This document shows, one piece after another, positions 28,407 to 38,093 of a stretch of DNA of 64,000 nt. Source of the DNA: Alphaproteobacteria bacterium (GTDB taxonomy: Bacteria; Pseudomonadota; Alphaproteobacteria; MPNO01); the NCBI GenBank assembly GCA_964291675.2, contig OZ219866.1, positions 1,728,001-1,792,000 of the forward strand. Direction: 5' to 3'. A program made the translations under genes and the position numbers. The notes below the pieces were generated by a model. That model was not told the origin of the DNA. It saw only the letters and a list, made by a program, of their open reading frames with translations, and did no database searches. Every line of letters begins with the position of its first letter. Position 1 is the stretch's first letter.

Positions 28407-29719
28407 GCGTAGACCGCCGCGCGCTGCGCCCGTCCGCCACCTTCCCCGACCGCGTGCTGGCCGAGATCCACCGCGCCGCCGACCAGGGCGTCTACGAGAT
28501 CCGCGGCTTCGGCACCAAGCGCCATCTGCCGAGCTTCGACGACCTCTTGTTTCTCGGCGCGTCGATGTCGCGCTACCCGCTTGAAGGCTATCGCGAGCGC
28601 TGCGACACCGACGTGGTGCTCGGCGACCGCTTCGCCTCCAGGCCCGTCGAGCTCGCCATCCCGATCACCGTGGCGGGGATGAGCTTCGGCGCGCTCGGCG
28701 CCAACGCCAAGGAGGCGATCGGCCGGGCCTGCACCGCGATGGGCACCAGCTCGACCACCGGCGACGGCGGCATGACCGAGGAGGAACGGCGCTCCTCCAA
28801 GACCCTGGTCTATCAGGTCCTGCCCTCGCGCTACGGCATGAACCCCGACGATCTGCGCCGCGCCGATGCGATCGAAATCGTCGTCGGGCAGGGCGCCAAG
28901 CCCGGCGGCGGCGGCATGCTGCTCGGCCAGAAGATCACCGAGCGGGTGGCCGCGATGCGCGACCTCCCGGTCGGCATCGACCAGCGCAGCGCCTGCCGCC
29001 ACCCCGACTGGACCGGCCCCGACGACCTGACGATCAAGATCCAGGAGCTGCGCGAGATCACCGACTGGGAGAAGCCGGTCTACGTCAAGATCGGCGCGTC
29101 CAGGCCGCAATTCGACGTCCCGCTCGCGGTCAAGGCGGGCGCCGACGTGATCGTGCTCGACGGCATGCAGGGCGGCACCGCCGCGACCCAGGACGTCTTT
29201 ATCGAGCATGTCGGCATTCCCACCCTGCCGGCGGTGCGCCGGGCGGTCGAGGCGCTGCAGGAGCTCGACATGCACCGCAGGGTGCAGCTCATCGTCTCCG
29301 GCGGCATCAGGACCGGCGCCGACGCCGCCAAGGCGCTGGCGCTCGGCGCGGACGCGGTGTCGATCGGTTCGGCGGCGATGGTGGCGCTCGGCTGCAATCG
29401 CCCGGTCCATCTCGAGGACTACCGCGCCATCGGCGCCGAGCCCGGCGCCTGCCATCACTGCCACACCGGCCGCTGCCCGGTGGGCGTGACCACCCAGGAC
29501 GCCGATCTCGAATCCCGCCTCGACCCGGAGCAGGGCGCGAGATGGCTGAGGAACTATCTGAGCGTGATGGTGCTGGAGCTCCAGACCATCGCCCGGGCCA
29601 ACGGCAAGAGCCACGTGCTCAACCTCGAGCCCGAGGATCTCGTCGCGCTCACCGTCGAGGCGGCGGCGATGGCGGGCGTGCCGCTCGCCGGGACCGACTG
29701 GATACCGGGCCGCGCGTGA
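28403..29719 (+). CDS. mgsC: N-methylglutamate synthase subunit C (FMN-binding glutamate synthase, GlxD-like)
   Basis: GMSFGAL, TTGDGG, GQGAKPGGGG, CHTGRCPVG. Confidence 0.88.
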   Translation: MSVDRRALRPSATFPDRVLAEIHRAADQGVYEIRGFGTKRHLPSFDDLLFLGASMSRYPLEGYRERCDTDVVLGDRFASRPVELAIPITVAGMSFGALGANAKEAIGRACTAMGTSSTTGDGGMTEEERRSSKTLVYQVLPSRYGMNPDDLRRADAIEIVVGQGAKPGGGGMLLGQKITERVAAMRDLPVGIDQRSACRHPDWTGPDDLTIKIQELREITDWEKPVYVKIGASRPQFDVPLAVKAGADVIVLDGMQGGTAATQDVFIEHVGIPTLPAVRRAVEALQELDMHRRVQLIVSGGIRTGADAAKALALGADAVSIGSAAMVALGCNRPVHLEDYRAIGAEPGACHHCHTGRCPVGVTTQDADLESRLDPEQGARWLRNYLSVMVLELQTIARANGKSHVLNLEPEDLVALTVEAAAMAGVPLAGTDWIPGRA

Positions 29720-29747
29720 TGCGGCCGCATCTGGCAGGGAGAAGGAC

Positions 29748-31052
29748 ATGACCATCGATCTCGCCAAGGTGGCCGAGGACAAGGGCATCCGCTATTTCCT
29801 GATCAGCTTCGTCGATCTGTTCGGCGTGCTGAGGTCGAAGCTGGTGCCGGCGCGCGCCATCGCCGACATGCAGGTAGAGGGCGCCGGCTTCGCGGGTTTC
29901 GCCGCCTGGCTCGACATGACGCCCGCCGATCCCGACATGTTCGCCATCCCCGACCCGGAGAGCCTGATCCAGCTTCCCTGGAACCGCGAGGTGGGCTGGC
30001 TCGCCGCCGATCTGTGGATGAACGGCGCCCCGGTCGAAGCCTCGCCACGGGTGGTGCTGAAGCGCCAGGTCGAGCGCGCGGACGCCGCCGGATACCGCAT
30101 GAAGACCGGCGTCGAGTGCGAGTATTTCCTGCTCGCGCCCGACGAGGTGGCGATTTCCGATCCCCGCGACGTGCAGGAAAAGCCCTGCTACGACCAGGCC
30201 GCGCTGATGCGCCGCTTCGAGGTCATCGGCGAGATCTGCGACGCGATGATCGAGCTCGGCTGGAAGCCCTACCAGAACGACCACGAGGACGCGAACGGCC
30301 AGTTCGAAATGAACTGGGAGTACGACGATTGCCTGGTCACCGCGGACCGGCACGCCTTCTTCAAGTTCATGGTCAAGACGGTCGCCGAGCGCCATGGCTA
30401 CCGCGCGACCTTCATGCCCAAGCCCTTCGCCAACCTCACCGGCAACGGCTGCCACACCCATGTGTCGCTGTGGGACGCGGGCGGCCGCAACCTGTTCCTC
30501 GACGAAGACGGCGAGCTCGGGCTGTCGGGGCTCGCCTACAACTTCCTCGGCGGCATCGTCCACTCGGCGGACGCCTTCTGCGCGCTGTTCAACCCGGCGG
30601 TCAACAGCTACAAGCGGATCGACGCCACGGTGACGCTGTCGGGCGCGACCTGGTCGCCCAACGCGATCAGCTATTCCGGCAACAACCGCACCCACATGAT
30701 CCGCATCCCCGATTCCGGTCGTTTCGAGCTGCGGCTGATGGACGGGGCGGCCAACCCCTACCTGGCGCAGGCCGGCGTGCTCGCCGCCGGGCTCGACGGG
30801 ATCGAGAACGGGCGCGACCCCGGCAAGCGGCTCGACATCAACATGTATACCGAGGGCGACCGGCTGCGCCGCATCCGCCGGCTGCCGCTCAACCTGCTCG
30901 ACGCGCTCCGGCTGTTCGACAAGAACCGGGTGGCGCGGGCCGCGTTCGGCGACGAGTTCGTGGACAGCTACGTCAAGCTCAAGCTGGACGAGTGGCGCAG
31001 CTACGCCACCACGCTCTCGCAATGGGAGTTCGACCGCACGCTCGACGTCTAG
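29748..31052 (+). CDS. gmaS: Gamma-glutamylmethylamide synthetase (GlnT-type glutamine synthetase family)
   Basis: GAGFAGFA, DHEDANGQFE, TFMPKPF, NNRTHMIR. Located between the mgs and mgd genes. Confidence 0.85.
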   Translation: MTIDLAKVAEDKGIRYFLISFVDLFGVLRSKLVPARAIADMQVEGAGFAGFAAWLDMTPADPDMFAIPDPESLIQLPWNREVGWLAADLWMNGAPVEASPRVVLKRQVERADAAGYRMKTGVECEYFLLAPDEVAISDPRDVQEKPCYDQAALMRRFEVIGEICDAMIELGWKPYQNDHEDANGQFEMNWEYDDCLVTADRHAFFKFMVKTVAERHGYRATFMPKPFANLTGNGCHTHVSLWDAGGRNLFLDEDGELGLSGLAYNFLGGIVHSADAFCALFNPAVNSYKRIDATVTLSGATWSPNAISYSGNNRTHMIRIPDSGRFELRLMDGAANPYLAQAGVLAAGLDGIENGRDPGKRLDINMYTEGDRLRRIRRLPLNLLDALRLFDKNRVARAAFGDEFVDSYVKLKLDEWRSYATTLSQWEFDRTLDV

Positions 31053-31077
31053 GGCTTGGCCGGCGCCGGCCGCCGCG

Positions 31078-32319
31078 ATGCCGCTGGGGCTGATCAAGTA
31101 CGGGCTCCCGGGCAGGCGGCGGGCGCGCCGTCCGCTGCCCTCCGCGGGGCGCCTCAAGACGCGCTACGACGTGGTGATCGTCGGCGCCGGCGGGCACGGG
31201 CTGGCCGCCGCCTACTACCTCGCCAGGGACCACGGGATCGCCGATGTCGCGGTGCTCGACAAGGGCTGGCTCGGCGGCGGCAACACCGCGCGCAACACGA
31301 CCATCATCCGCTCCAACTACCTGACCCCGGAAGGCGTGCGGTTCTACGACGAGTCGATCCGCCTGTTTCGCGGCCTGTCGGGCGAGCTCGATTTCAACAT
31401 CCTCTATTCCGAGCGCGGCCACCTGACGCTCGCCCATACCGACGCGGCGCTGCGCACCATGCGCTGGCGGGCCGAGGTCAACAAGCATCTCGGGGTCGAG
31501 TCCGAAATCGTCGACCTCGACGAGCTGGCGCGGCTCTGCCCGCCGCTCAACCTCGATCGCGGCGCGCGCTTTCCCATTCTCGGCGCGCTGCATCACAGGC
31601 CCGGCGCCATCGCCCGCCATGACGCGGTCGCCTGGGGCTACGCGATCGCCGCGGCGCGGCGCGGGGTCGAGATCCATCAACGGACGGAAGTCACCGGGAT
31701 CCTGACCGACAGGGGTCGCGTCACCGGGGTCGAGACGACGCGCGGGCGGATCGCCTGCGGCAGGGTCCTGCAGGCGGTCGCCGGATCGAGCCCGCTGCTC
31801 GCGGCGATGGCGGGGTTCCGCCTGCCCATCCGCACGGTGCCGCTCCAGGCCTGCGTGACCGAGCCGCTGAAACCCTTCCTCGATCCCATCGTGGTGTCGG
31901 GATCGCTCCACGTCTATGTCTCCCAATCCGCCCGCGGCGAGCTGGTGATGGGCGGAACCACCGACCCCTATGCGCTCTATGCGCAGCGCCCGACCCTCGA
32001 ATTCAAGGAAAGCCTCGCCGCGCCCATGCTTGCGCTGTTCCCCTTCCTCGCCGAAATCCGGGTGCTGCGGCAATGGGCGGGCCTCGCCGACATGACCCCC
32101 GATTTCAGCCCGATCATGGGGCTCACCCCGGTCGGCAACTACTATATCGACGCGGGCTGGGGGACCTGGGGGTTCAAGGCGACGCCGGTCTGCGGCAAGC
32201 GCATGGCGGAGACCGTCGCGACCGGGACGGCGCCGCCGCTGATCGAGCCCTTCGCGCTGGAGCGGTTCGCCAGCTTCCGGCAGCTCGGCGAGCGCGGCGC
32301 CGCCTCGGTCGGGCATTGA
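31078..32319 (+). CDS. mgdA: N-methylglutamate dehydrogenase subunit A (sarcosine oxidase beta-like)
   Basis: GAGGHG, GGNTARNTTIIRSNY, ARHDAVAWGY, GWGTWGFKATP. Confidence 0.82.
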   Translation: MPLGLIKYGLPGRRRARRPLPSAGRLKTRYDVVIVGAGGHGLAAAYYLARDHGIADVAVLDKGWLGGGNTARNTTIIRSNYLTPEGVRFYDESIRLFRGLSGELDFNILYSERGHLTLAHTDAALRTMRWRAEVNKHLGVESEIVDLDELARLCPPLNLDRGARFPILGALHHRPGAIARHDAVAWGYAIAAARRGVEIHQRTEVTGILTDRGRVTGVETTRGRIACGRVLQAVAGSSPLLAAMAGFRLPIRTVPLQACVTEPLKPFLDPIVVSGSLHVYVSQSARGELVMGGTTDPYALYAQRPTLEFKESLAAPMLALFPFLAEIRVLRQWAGLADMTPDFSPIMGLTPVGNYYIDAGWGTWGFKATPVCGKRMAETVATGTAPPLIEPFALERFASFRQLGERGAASVGH

Positions 32320-32329
32320 GGAACGCGCC

Positions 32330-32617
32330 GTGAAGATCCTCGATTGTCCGCTCAACGGCCCGCGCAACATCGCGGAATTCGTCTACGGCGGCGAGGCGGT
32401 CGAGATGGCGGACCCGGAGACCGCGAGCGACGCGGCCTGGGCGGAGTACGTCTTCGGCGCCGGCACCGAGCGCGGGGTCGTGCGCGAATGGTGGTTCCAC
32501 GTACCGACCGCCTACTGGTTCATCGCCGAGCGCGATACGGGAACCGACGAGGTCCTCAGGACCTACCCCGCCTCGGAGCTCTTCCGGCCCGATGGCGAAG
32601 CGGGAGACGGCGGGTGA
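32330..32617 (+). CDS. mgdB: N-methylglutamate dehydrogenase subunit B (sarcosine oxidase delta-like)
   Basis: MKILDCPLNGPRNIAEF, EWWFH, ERDTGTDE. Confidence 0.82.
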   Translation: MKILDCPLNGPRNIAEFVYGGEAVEMADPETASDAAWAEYVFGAGTERGVVREWWFHVPTAYWFIAERDTGTDEVLRTYPASELFRPDGEAGDGG

Positions 32618-35529
32618 CCGGCGGCGCGCATCGGCTTCCGCCCCAGGCCGGGGAGCGGATCGACCGCGCGCGCATCCTCCGCTTCAGCTTCGAGGGCAGG
32701 ACCTATGAGGGCTTCGCCGGCGACACCATTGCGAGCGCGCTGGCGGCCAACGGGGTCTCGGTGCTCTCCCGCTCCTTCAAGTACCGGCGGCCGCGCGGCA
32801 TTTTCTCGATGGGGGAGAAGGACGCCAACTCCCTGGTTCAGCTACCGGGCGAGCCCAACGTGCCGGCCGCGACCCGGGCGCTCGAGGACGGGCTGGTCGT
32901 CTCGGGACAGAACTACGACGGCAGCCTGGATCGCGACCGGGGCGCCTGGATCGGCCTGTTCTCCCGGTTTCTTCCGGTCGGGTTCTACTACAAGTCTTTC
33001 TTTCGGCCGGCCGGCGCGTGGCAGCGCTGGGAGAAGCTGTTTCGCGCCCGCGCGGGTCTCGGCAAGATCGACCCGGGCGCCGAGCCCGGGCGGTTCGACA
33101 AGAAATACGGGTTCTACGACGTGGTGGTCGTCGGCGCCGGCCCGGCGGGTCTCGCCGCCGCCGCGAGCGCGGCGGAGGCGGGAGCGCGGGTGCTGCTGGT
33201 CGACGATCAACCGGCGCCGGGCGGGGCGCTCACCTATGCGCGTTTCGGCGCGGACCGCGCGCCGCAGGACCGCCAGCTTCGCGCCCTCGTCTCGGCGGTG
33301 GAGCGCGCCGAAAACGTCGAGATGATGACGGGGGCCGTTTGCGAAGGCCGGTTCGCCGACAACTGGCTCGCCATCGTCAGCGGACGGCGGCTGCACAAGG
33401 TCCGCGGCAAGCGGACGATCGTGGCTGCCGGCGCGATCGAGCAGCCGATCGTGTTCCGCAACAACGACCTTCCGGGGGTGATGCTGACTTCGGCGGCGCT
33501 CAGGCTGATCCGGCACTACCGGGTCAGGCCGGGCCGGCGCGCGCTCGTCGCGACCGCCAGCCGGGACGGCTATGCCGCGGCGCTCGAGCTGAGCGAGGCC
33601 GGCGTCGAGGTGGCCGCCGTGGTGGACCTGCGCCGACACCCCGACCCGGGCGGCGAGTCCGCGGCGGTCGCGGAGCGGGGGATCCGGGTGATCGCCGGGC
33701 ATACCCCGTCCGAGGCCAGAAAGGGCCGGCGGACCGGCCGCGTCCGGTCGGTCCGGGTATCGCCGATCGCCGCGACCGGGCGGTTCGGCAAGGGCGGGGA
33801 GAGCATCGCCTGCGATCTGGTCTGTATGGCGGCCGGCTACGCGCCCGCCGCCCATATCGCCTGTCACGCCGGCGCCCGCCTCGTCTACGACCGGGCGACG
33901 TCCGGGCTCCGCATCGTCGACCTGCCGGACGGCGTGTTCGTCGCCGGCGCGGCCAATGGCAGCCACGACCTCGCCGCGGTCGTCGCGGAGGGCCGTCGGG
34001 CGGGCTGGGCGGCCGCCGGCTCGCTCGGTCTCGATGCCGGGGACGCCCCCGCCGTGCCGGACGAGCGGGGGCGCGGCCGCAACCATTCCTGGCCGGTCTT
34101 CGCCCATCCCAAAGGCAAGGAGTTCGTCGATCCCGACGAGGATCTGGAGATCCGCGACCTGCGGGATGCCGTGGACGAGGGCTATGCCGATGTCGAGCTG
34201 ATGAAGCGCTACTCCACCGTCGGCATGGGCCCGTCGCAGGGCCGGTACTCGGCCGTCAACGCGCTTCGCATCGCCGCCGAGGCCACCGGCCGGGAGCCCT
34301 CGCGGACCGACACGACGACGGTCCGGCCACCGGTCACCGGCGAAAGTCTCGGCGTCCTGGCGGGGCGCGGCTTCGAGCCCGTCCGGCTGACCCCGATGCA
34401 TCACCGCCATGTCGAGGCCGGCGCCCGGATGATGGTCGCCGGCGACTGGATGCGGCCCGCGTTCTACGGCGCCGAGGCCGACCGGGAGCGGCTGGTCGCC
34501 GCCGAAGCGTCGCATGTCCGCGAGGCGGTCGGGCTGATCGACGTGTCGACGCTCGGCGGGATCGAGATCCGCGGCGCCGATGCGGCCGCCTTCATGGACC
34601 GGATGTACACCTTCGCCTACCGCCGTCAGGCGGTCGGGCGGGTCCGCTATGTGCTGATGTGCGATCGGGCCGGAGCGATCATCGACGACGGCGTCGCCTG
34701 CCGCCTGGGCGCGGAGCATTTCTACGTCACCGCGACCACCGGCGGGGCGGACCGGGTCTATCGGGAGATGCTGTGGCACAACGCCCAGTGGCGCCTCGAT
34801 GTCGACATCGCCAACGTCACCGCCGCCTGGTGCGGCGTCAACATCGCGGGCCCGCGGTCGCGCCAGGTGCTGGGCCGGGTCGCCCCGGAGGTCGATCTCT
34901 CGCCCGACGGCTTCCCCTATCTCGGGGCGCGCGAAGCCCGGGTCGCGGAGATCCCGGCCCGCCTGCTCCGCGTCGGCTTCGTCGGCGAGCTGGGCTACGA
35001 GATCCACGTTCCCGCCGGCTGCGGCGAGGCGCTCTGGGACCGCCTGATGGAGGCGGGAGAGCCCGAGGGGATCGGGCGCTTCGGGGTCGAGGCGCAACGC
35101 CTGCTGCGGCTGGAGAAGGGCCACATCATCGTCGGCCAGGATACCGACGGGCTGACCACCCCGGCGGAGGCCGGCATGGAATGGGCGGTTGCGCGGAACA
35201 AGCCGTTCTTCGTCGGCGCGCGCGCGCTCAAGGTTCGCGATCGGGACGCCCCCGCCCGCAAGCTGGTCGGATTCGTGCTGGACGATGCCGAAGCCGCCGC
35301 GCCGGAGGAATGCTGCCTGGTCATCCGCGACGGCGAGATCGCCGGGCGCGTGACCTCGGCGATGCGTTCGCCCCATCTCGGCCGGGTGGTGGGTCTCGCC
35401 TTCCTGCCGCCGCAGACCGCCGAGCCCGGCACGCGCTTCGACATCCGGCGGGCGAACGGCGAGACGGCGAGGGCCGAGGTCGCGGCGCTGCCGTTCTACG
35501 ACGCGGAAGGCGCGCGACAGGAGGTCTAG
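32614..35529 (+). CDS. mgdC: N-methylglutamate dehydrogenase subunit C (sarcosine oxidase alpha-like)
   Basis: GDTIASAL, SRSFKYRRPRG, GAGPAG, KRYSTVGMGPSQG, C-terminal GcvT-like folate domain. Confidence 0.85.
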   Translation: MTGGAHRLPPQAGERIDRARILRFSFEGRTYEGFAGDTIASALAANGVSVLSRSFKYRRPRGIFSMGEKDANSLVQLPGEPNVPAATRALEDGLVVSGQNYDGSLDRDRGAWIGLFSRFLPVGFYYKSFFRPAGAWQRWEKLFRARAGLGKIDPGAEPGRFDKKYGFYDVVVVGAGPAGLAAAASAAEAGARVLLVDDQPAPGGALTYARFGADRAPQDRQLRALVSAVERAENVEMMTGAVCEGRFADNWLAIVSGRRLHKVRGKRTIVAAGAIEQPIVFRNNDLPGVMLTSAALRLIRHYRVRPGRRALVATASRDGYAAALELSEAGVEVAAVVDLRRHPDPGGESAAVAERGIRVIAGHTPSEARKGRRTGRVRSVRVSPIAATGRFGKGGESIACDLVCMAAGYAPAAHIACHAGARLVYDRATSGLRIVDLPDGVFVAGAANGSHDLAAVVAEGRRAGWAAAGSLGLDAGDAPAVPDERGRGRNHSWPVFAHPKGKEFVDPDEDLEIRDLRDAVDEGYADVELMKRYSTVGMGPSQGRYSAVNALRIAAEATGREPSRTDTTTVRPPVTGESLGVLAGRGFEPVRLTPMHHRHVEAGARMMVAGDWMRPAFYGAEADRERLVAAEASHVREAVGLIDVSTLGGIEIRGADAAAFMDRMYTFAYRRQAVGRVRYVLMCDRAGAIIDDGVACRLGAEHFYVTATTGGADRVYREMLWHNAQWRLDVDIANVTAAWCGVNIAGPRSRQVLGRVAPEVDLSPDGFPYLGAREARVAEIPARLLRVGFVGELGYEIHVPAGCGEALWDRLMEAGEPEGIGRFGVEAQRLLRLEKGHIIVGQDTDGLTTPAEAGMEWAVARNKPFFVGARALKVRDRDAPARKLVGFVLDDAEAAAPEECCLVIRDGEIAGRVTSAMRSPHLGRVVGLAFLPPQTAEPGTRFDIRRANGETARAEVAALPFYDAEGARQEV

Positions 35530-36236
35530 TGCCCGATCCGGACCGCTATACCCGCCGCAGCTTCGTCTACCGCGAGCTCGCGGCGCGCGGCGCGCGGTTC
35601 CGCCGGCTCGCCGGCGCCGCGGTGGCGGCCGATTTCGGCCGGCCGGAAGACGAGCGGCGCGCGCTGGAGCGGCTCGGCCTGTGCGATCTCTCGCCGCTGC
35701 CCCGGGTCGGCTTCAAGGGCCCCGCCGCGCTGGACTGGCTGCGCAGCAGGCGGGTCGTCGGGCTCGCCCGCGACAACCGGGCCGATGCCCAGGCGAGCGG
35801 AGCGCTTGCCGCCCGGCTGGCGCCGACCGAGGCGCTGATCCTGGGCAGTCTGACGGGCCGGGACGTTCTCTGCGCCCGGCTCGAGGCGGCGCTCGACGCA
35901 ACGCCCCGTCCCGGCTGCTACAAGGCGATGCGGCGCGACGGGAGCTTCCATTTCCTGCTCGGCGGCGCACACGCCGCGGACGCCATGGCGACGCTCTGCG
36001 CGGTCGATCTCCGGGCGCGCGCCTTTCCCGCCGGAAGCGTCGCCCAGACCTCGGTGGCCCGCCTGTCGACGATCGTGATCGGCGTCGCGCTCGGCGAGGT
36101 GCCCGCCTTCCACCTGCTGGGCGACAGCGCCTCGGCCGTCTATGCCTGGGGCGTGCTGGTCGACGCGATGGCGGAGTTCGAGGGCATCCCCGTCGGCCTC
36201 GACGCCGTCCGTCACGCGGTCGCTAAGTCCGGGTGA
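35529..36236 (+). CDS. mgdD: N-methylglutamate dehydrogenase subunit D (sarcosine oxidase gamma-like)
   Basis: LCDLSPLPRVGFKG, LCAVDL, AQTSVAR. Last gene of the operon. Confidence 0.78.
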   Translation: MPDPDRYTRRSFVYRELAARGARFRRLAGAAVAADFGRPEDERRALERLGLCDLSPLPRVGFKGPAALDWLRSRRVVGLARDNRADAQASGALAARLAPTEALILGSLTGRDVLCARLEAALDATPRPGCYKAMRRDGSFHFLLGGAHAADAMATLCAVDLRARAFPAGSVAQTSVARLSTIVIGVALGEVPAFHLLGDSASAVYAWGVLVDAMAEFEGIPVGLDAVRHAVAKSG

Positions 36237-37281
36237 AGCGCGGGATCACCCTCTCGCCGAACAGGCGCACCGAGCGCTCGGCCAGCGCGTAGGGCATGTC
36301 GTTGAAATTGACCTGCATCGAGGCGTGGTCGACGCCGCCCATCGCCGCGTCGAAGGCGTGCAGCTGCTCGACGATGTCGTCCGGCGTGCCGACGAAGGCG
36401 GCGTGGTGCGCGACCTGCGATTCGAAGGTCTCGGCCGCCATCCGCGCCCGCATCCTGTCGTAGTTCTCGTAGGTCGAGGGCGGCGCGCCCGTGGCGTAGC
36501 CCGTCGTTGCGTCGACGATCGACTCGAAATGGCGCTCGATCAGGGGCTTGGCGATGTCGATGGCCTCGTCGCGGCTCTCGCTGCAATACATGAAGACGGC
36601 CAGCATCACCGTGGGCTTGCCGGGATGCCCTGCCCGCCGCCAGGCCTCGCGATAGACCCCGACCAGCTCGGACGGGGTCGAGCCCACGCCCGGGATCGCC
36701 ATGACCGCGTGGCCGAGCCGGCCCGCGCGCTCGAACGAGGCCGGCGTACCGACCGCCGCGATGTAGATCGGCGGGCGCGGCTGCTGCGTCGGACGGGGCA
36801 GCGAGGTGACGCCCTCGAAGCTGTGGAACCGCCCGCGGCAGGTCACGTTCTCGACCTCCAGGAGCCGGCGGACCTGATCCAGACCCTCCTCGAAGCGGGC
36901 CACGCTCTCCTCCATGTCGACGCCGAGATGCGCGTATTCGTGATGCAGGAACGCGCGCGCGAAGCCGACATCGATCCGCCCGCCCGAGATGGCGTCCAGC
37001 ATGGCGATCTCGCCGGCCAGCTTGAGCGGGTTGTTGAACGCCGGCAGCACTGCGCCGGTGACCAGGCGCGCCGTGCGCGAGCGCTGCGCGGCGGCGGCGA
37101 GGAACACGATCGGGTTCGGGCTGTAGCCGCCCCAGTGGTGGAAATAGTGTTCGACGATCCGCACATGGGCGTAGCCGTAGCGGTCGCACAGCCCGACGAG
37201 GTCGAGCGCCTCGGCGAAATACTGCGCGCCCGGCTTCTCGTCCGGCCGGACATCGGGAAAGAACTGCATGCCGAACCGCAC
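36223..37281 (-). CDS. Luciferase-like (LLM class) flavin-dependent oxidoreductase
   Basis: EHYFHHWGGYSPNP, LDAISGGRIDVGFAR, PRPTQQPRPPI. Confidence 0.88.
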   Translation of the reverse strand: MRFGMQFFPDVRPDEKPGAQYFAEALDLVGLCDRYGYAHVRIVEHYFHHWGGYSPNPIVFLAAAAQRSRTARLVTGAVLPAFNNPLKLAGEIAMLDAISGGRIDVGFARAFLHHEYAHLGVDMEESVARFEEGLDQVRRLLEVENVTCRGRFHSFEGVTSLPRPTQQPRPPIYIAAVGTPASFERAGRLGHAVMAIPGVGSTPSELVGVYREAWRRAGHPGKPTVMLAVFMYCSESRDEAIDIAKPLIERHFESIVDATTGYATGAPPSTYENYDRMRARMAAETFESQVAHHAAFVGTPDDIVEQLHAFDAAMGGVDHASMQVNFNDMPYALAERSVRLFGERVIPRFTRT

Positions 37282-37425
37282 CGGCGACCTCGCGACCGTT
37301 TCCAACCCCGCCGCCATGGTAGCCCAAACCGCGCGGCGGCATAGCGCGGCGGTCGGATTGACGCCGCAGGCACGCTTCGGGAATGTGTCCGCGCGCCGAT
37401 GCGGCAAATCCGGTGGGGGACTCCG

Positions 37426-38031
37426 ATGAAGGTCTATTATGCGCCCTATACCCGTGCGGTCCGCACGGTGTGGCTGCTGAACGAGCTCCGGCTCGACTAC
37501 GAGCTCGAGCGCTACAAGCTCGGCGAGAAGGCGATGCGCGCGCCCGAATATCTCGCGGTCAATCCGAACGGCCGGGTGCCGACGCTGGACGACGGCGACA
37601 TCCGCCTGTCCGAGAGCACCGCCATCGCGCAATATCTCGTCGCACGCTATGGCGACGGCAGCCTCGCGCGGGGACCCGACTCGCCCGATTTCGCCGCCTA
37701 TCTCCAGTGGCTGCATTACGGCGAGGGCATGATCATGCCGCCGATCAACACCATCGTGGTGGAGACCTTCCTGCTGCCGCCGGAACGGCGCAGCCAGCCG
37801 CACGCCGACCGCGCGCTGCGCCTTCTCAACCGCACCCTGGCGCCGGTGGAGGCGCGTCTGGATGGCCGGGAGTATCTGGCGGGATCGTTCTCCGCCGCCG
37901 ACACCATCACCGGCCATGCCTGCATCATGGCCGAGAAGCGCGGCGCCGACCTCTCCGGCATGCCCAATCTCAAGGCTTACAACGAGCGTCTGCAGGCCCG
38001 CCCCGCCCTCGCGGGCGCCTGGGACGCCTGA
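37426..38031 (+). CDS. Glutathione S-transferase family protein
   Basis: NPNGRVPTL, LSESTAI, YLAGSFSAAD. Confidence 0.9.
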   Translation: MKVYYAPYTRAVRTVWLLNELRLDYELERYKLGEKAMRAPEYLAVNPNGRVPTLDDGDIRLSESTAIAQYLVARYGDGSLARGPDSPDFAAYLQWLHYGEGMIMPPINTIVVETFLLPPERRSQPHADRALRLLNRTLAPVEARLDGREYLAGSFSAADTITGHACIMAEKRGADLSGMPNLKAYNERLQARPALAGAWDA

Positions 38032-38093
38032 CCGGGGACGGCGCGTCTCGCTTCGCGCGGCACCATGGTCTACCGTGCCGGGGGAGACCGACC

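Noticed and set aside
31078-36236. Heterotetrameric sarcosine oxidase soxBDAG
   Set aside because: The context with mgsABC and gmaS, and a delta subunit starting CPLNG rather than CPxCG, favour N-methylglutamate dehydrogenase.
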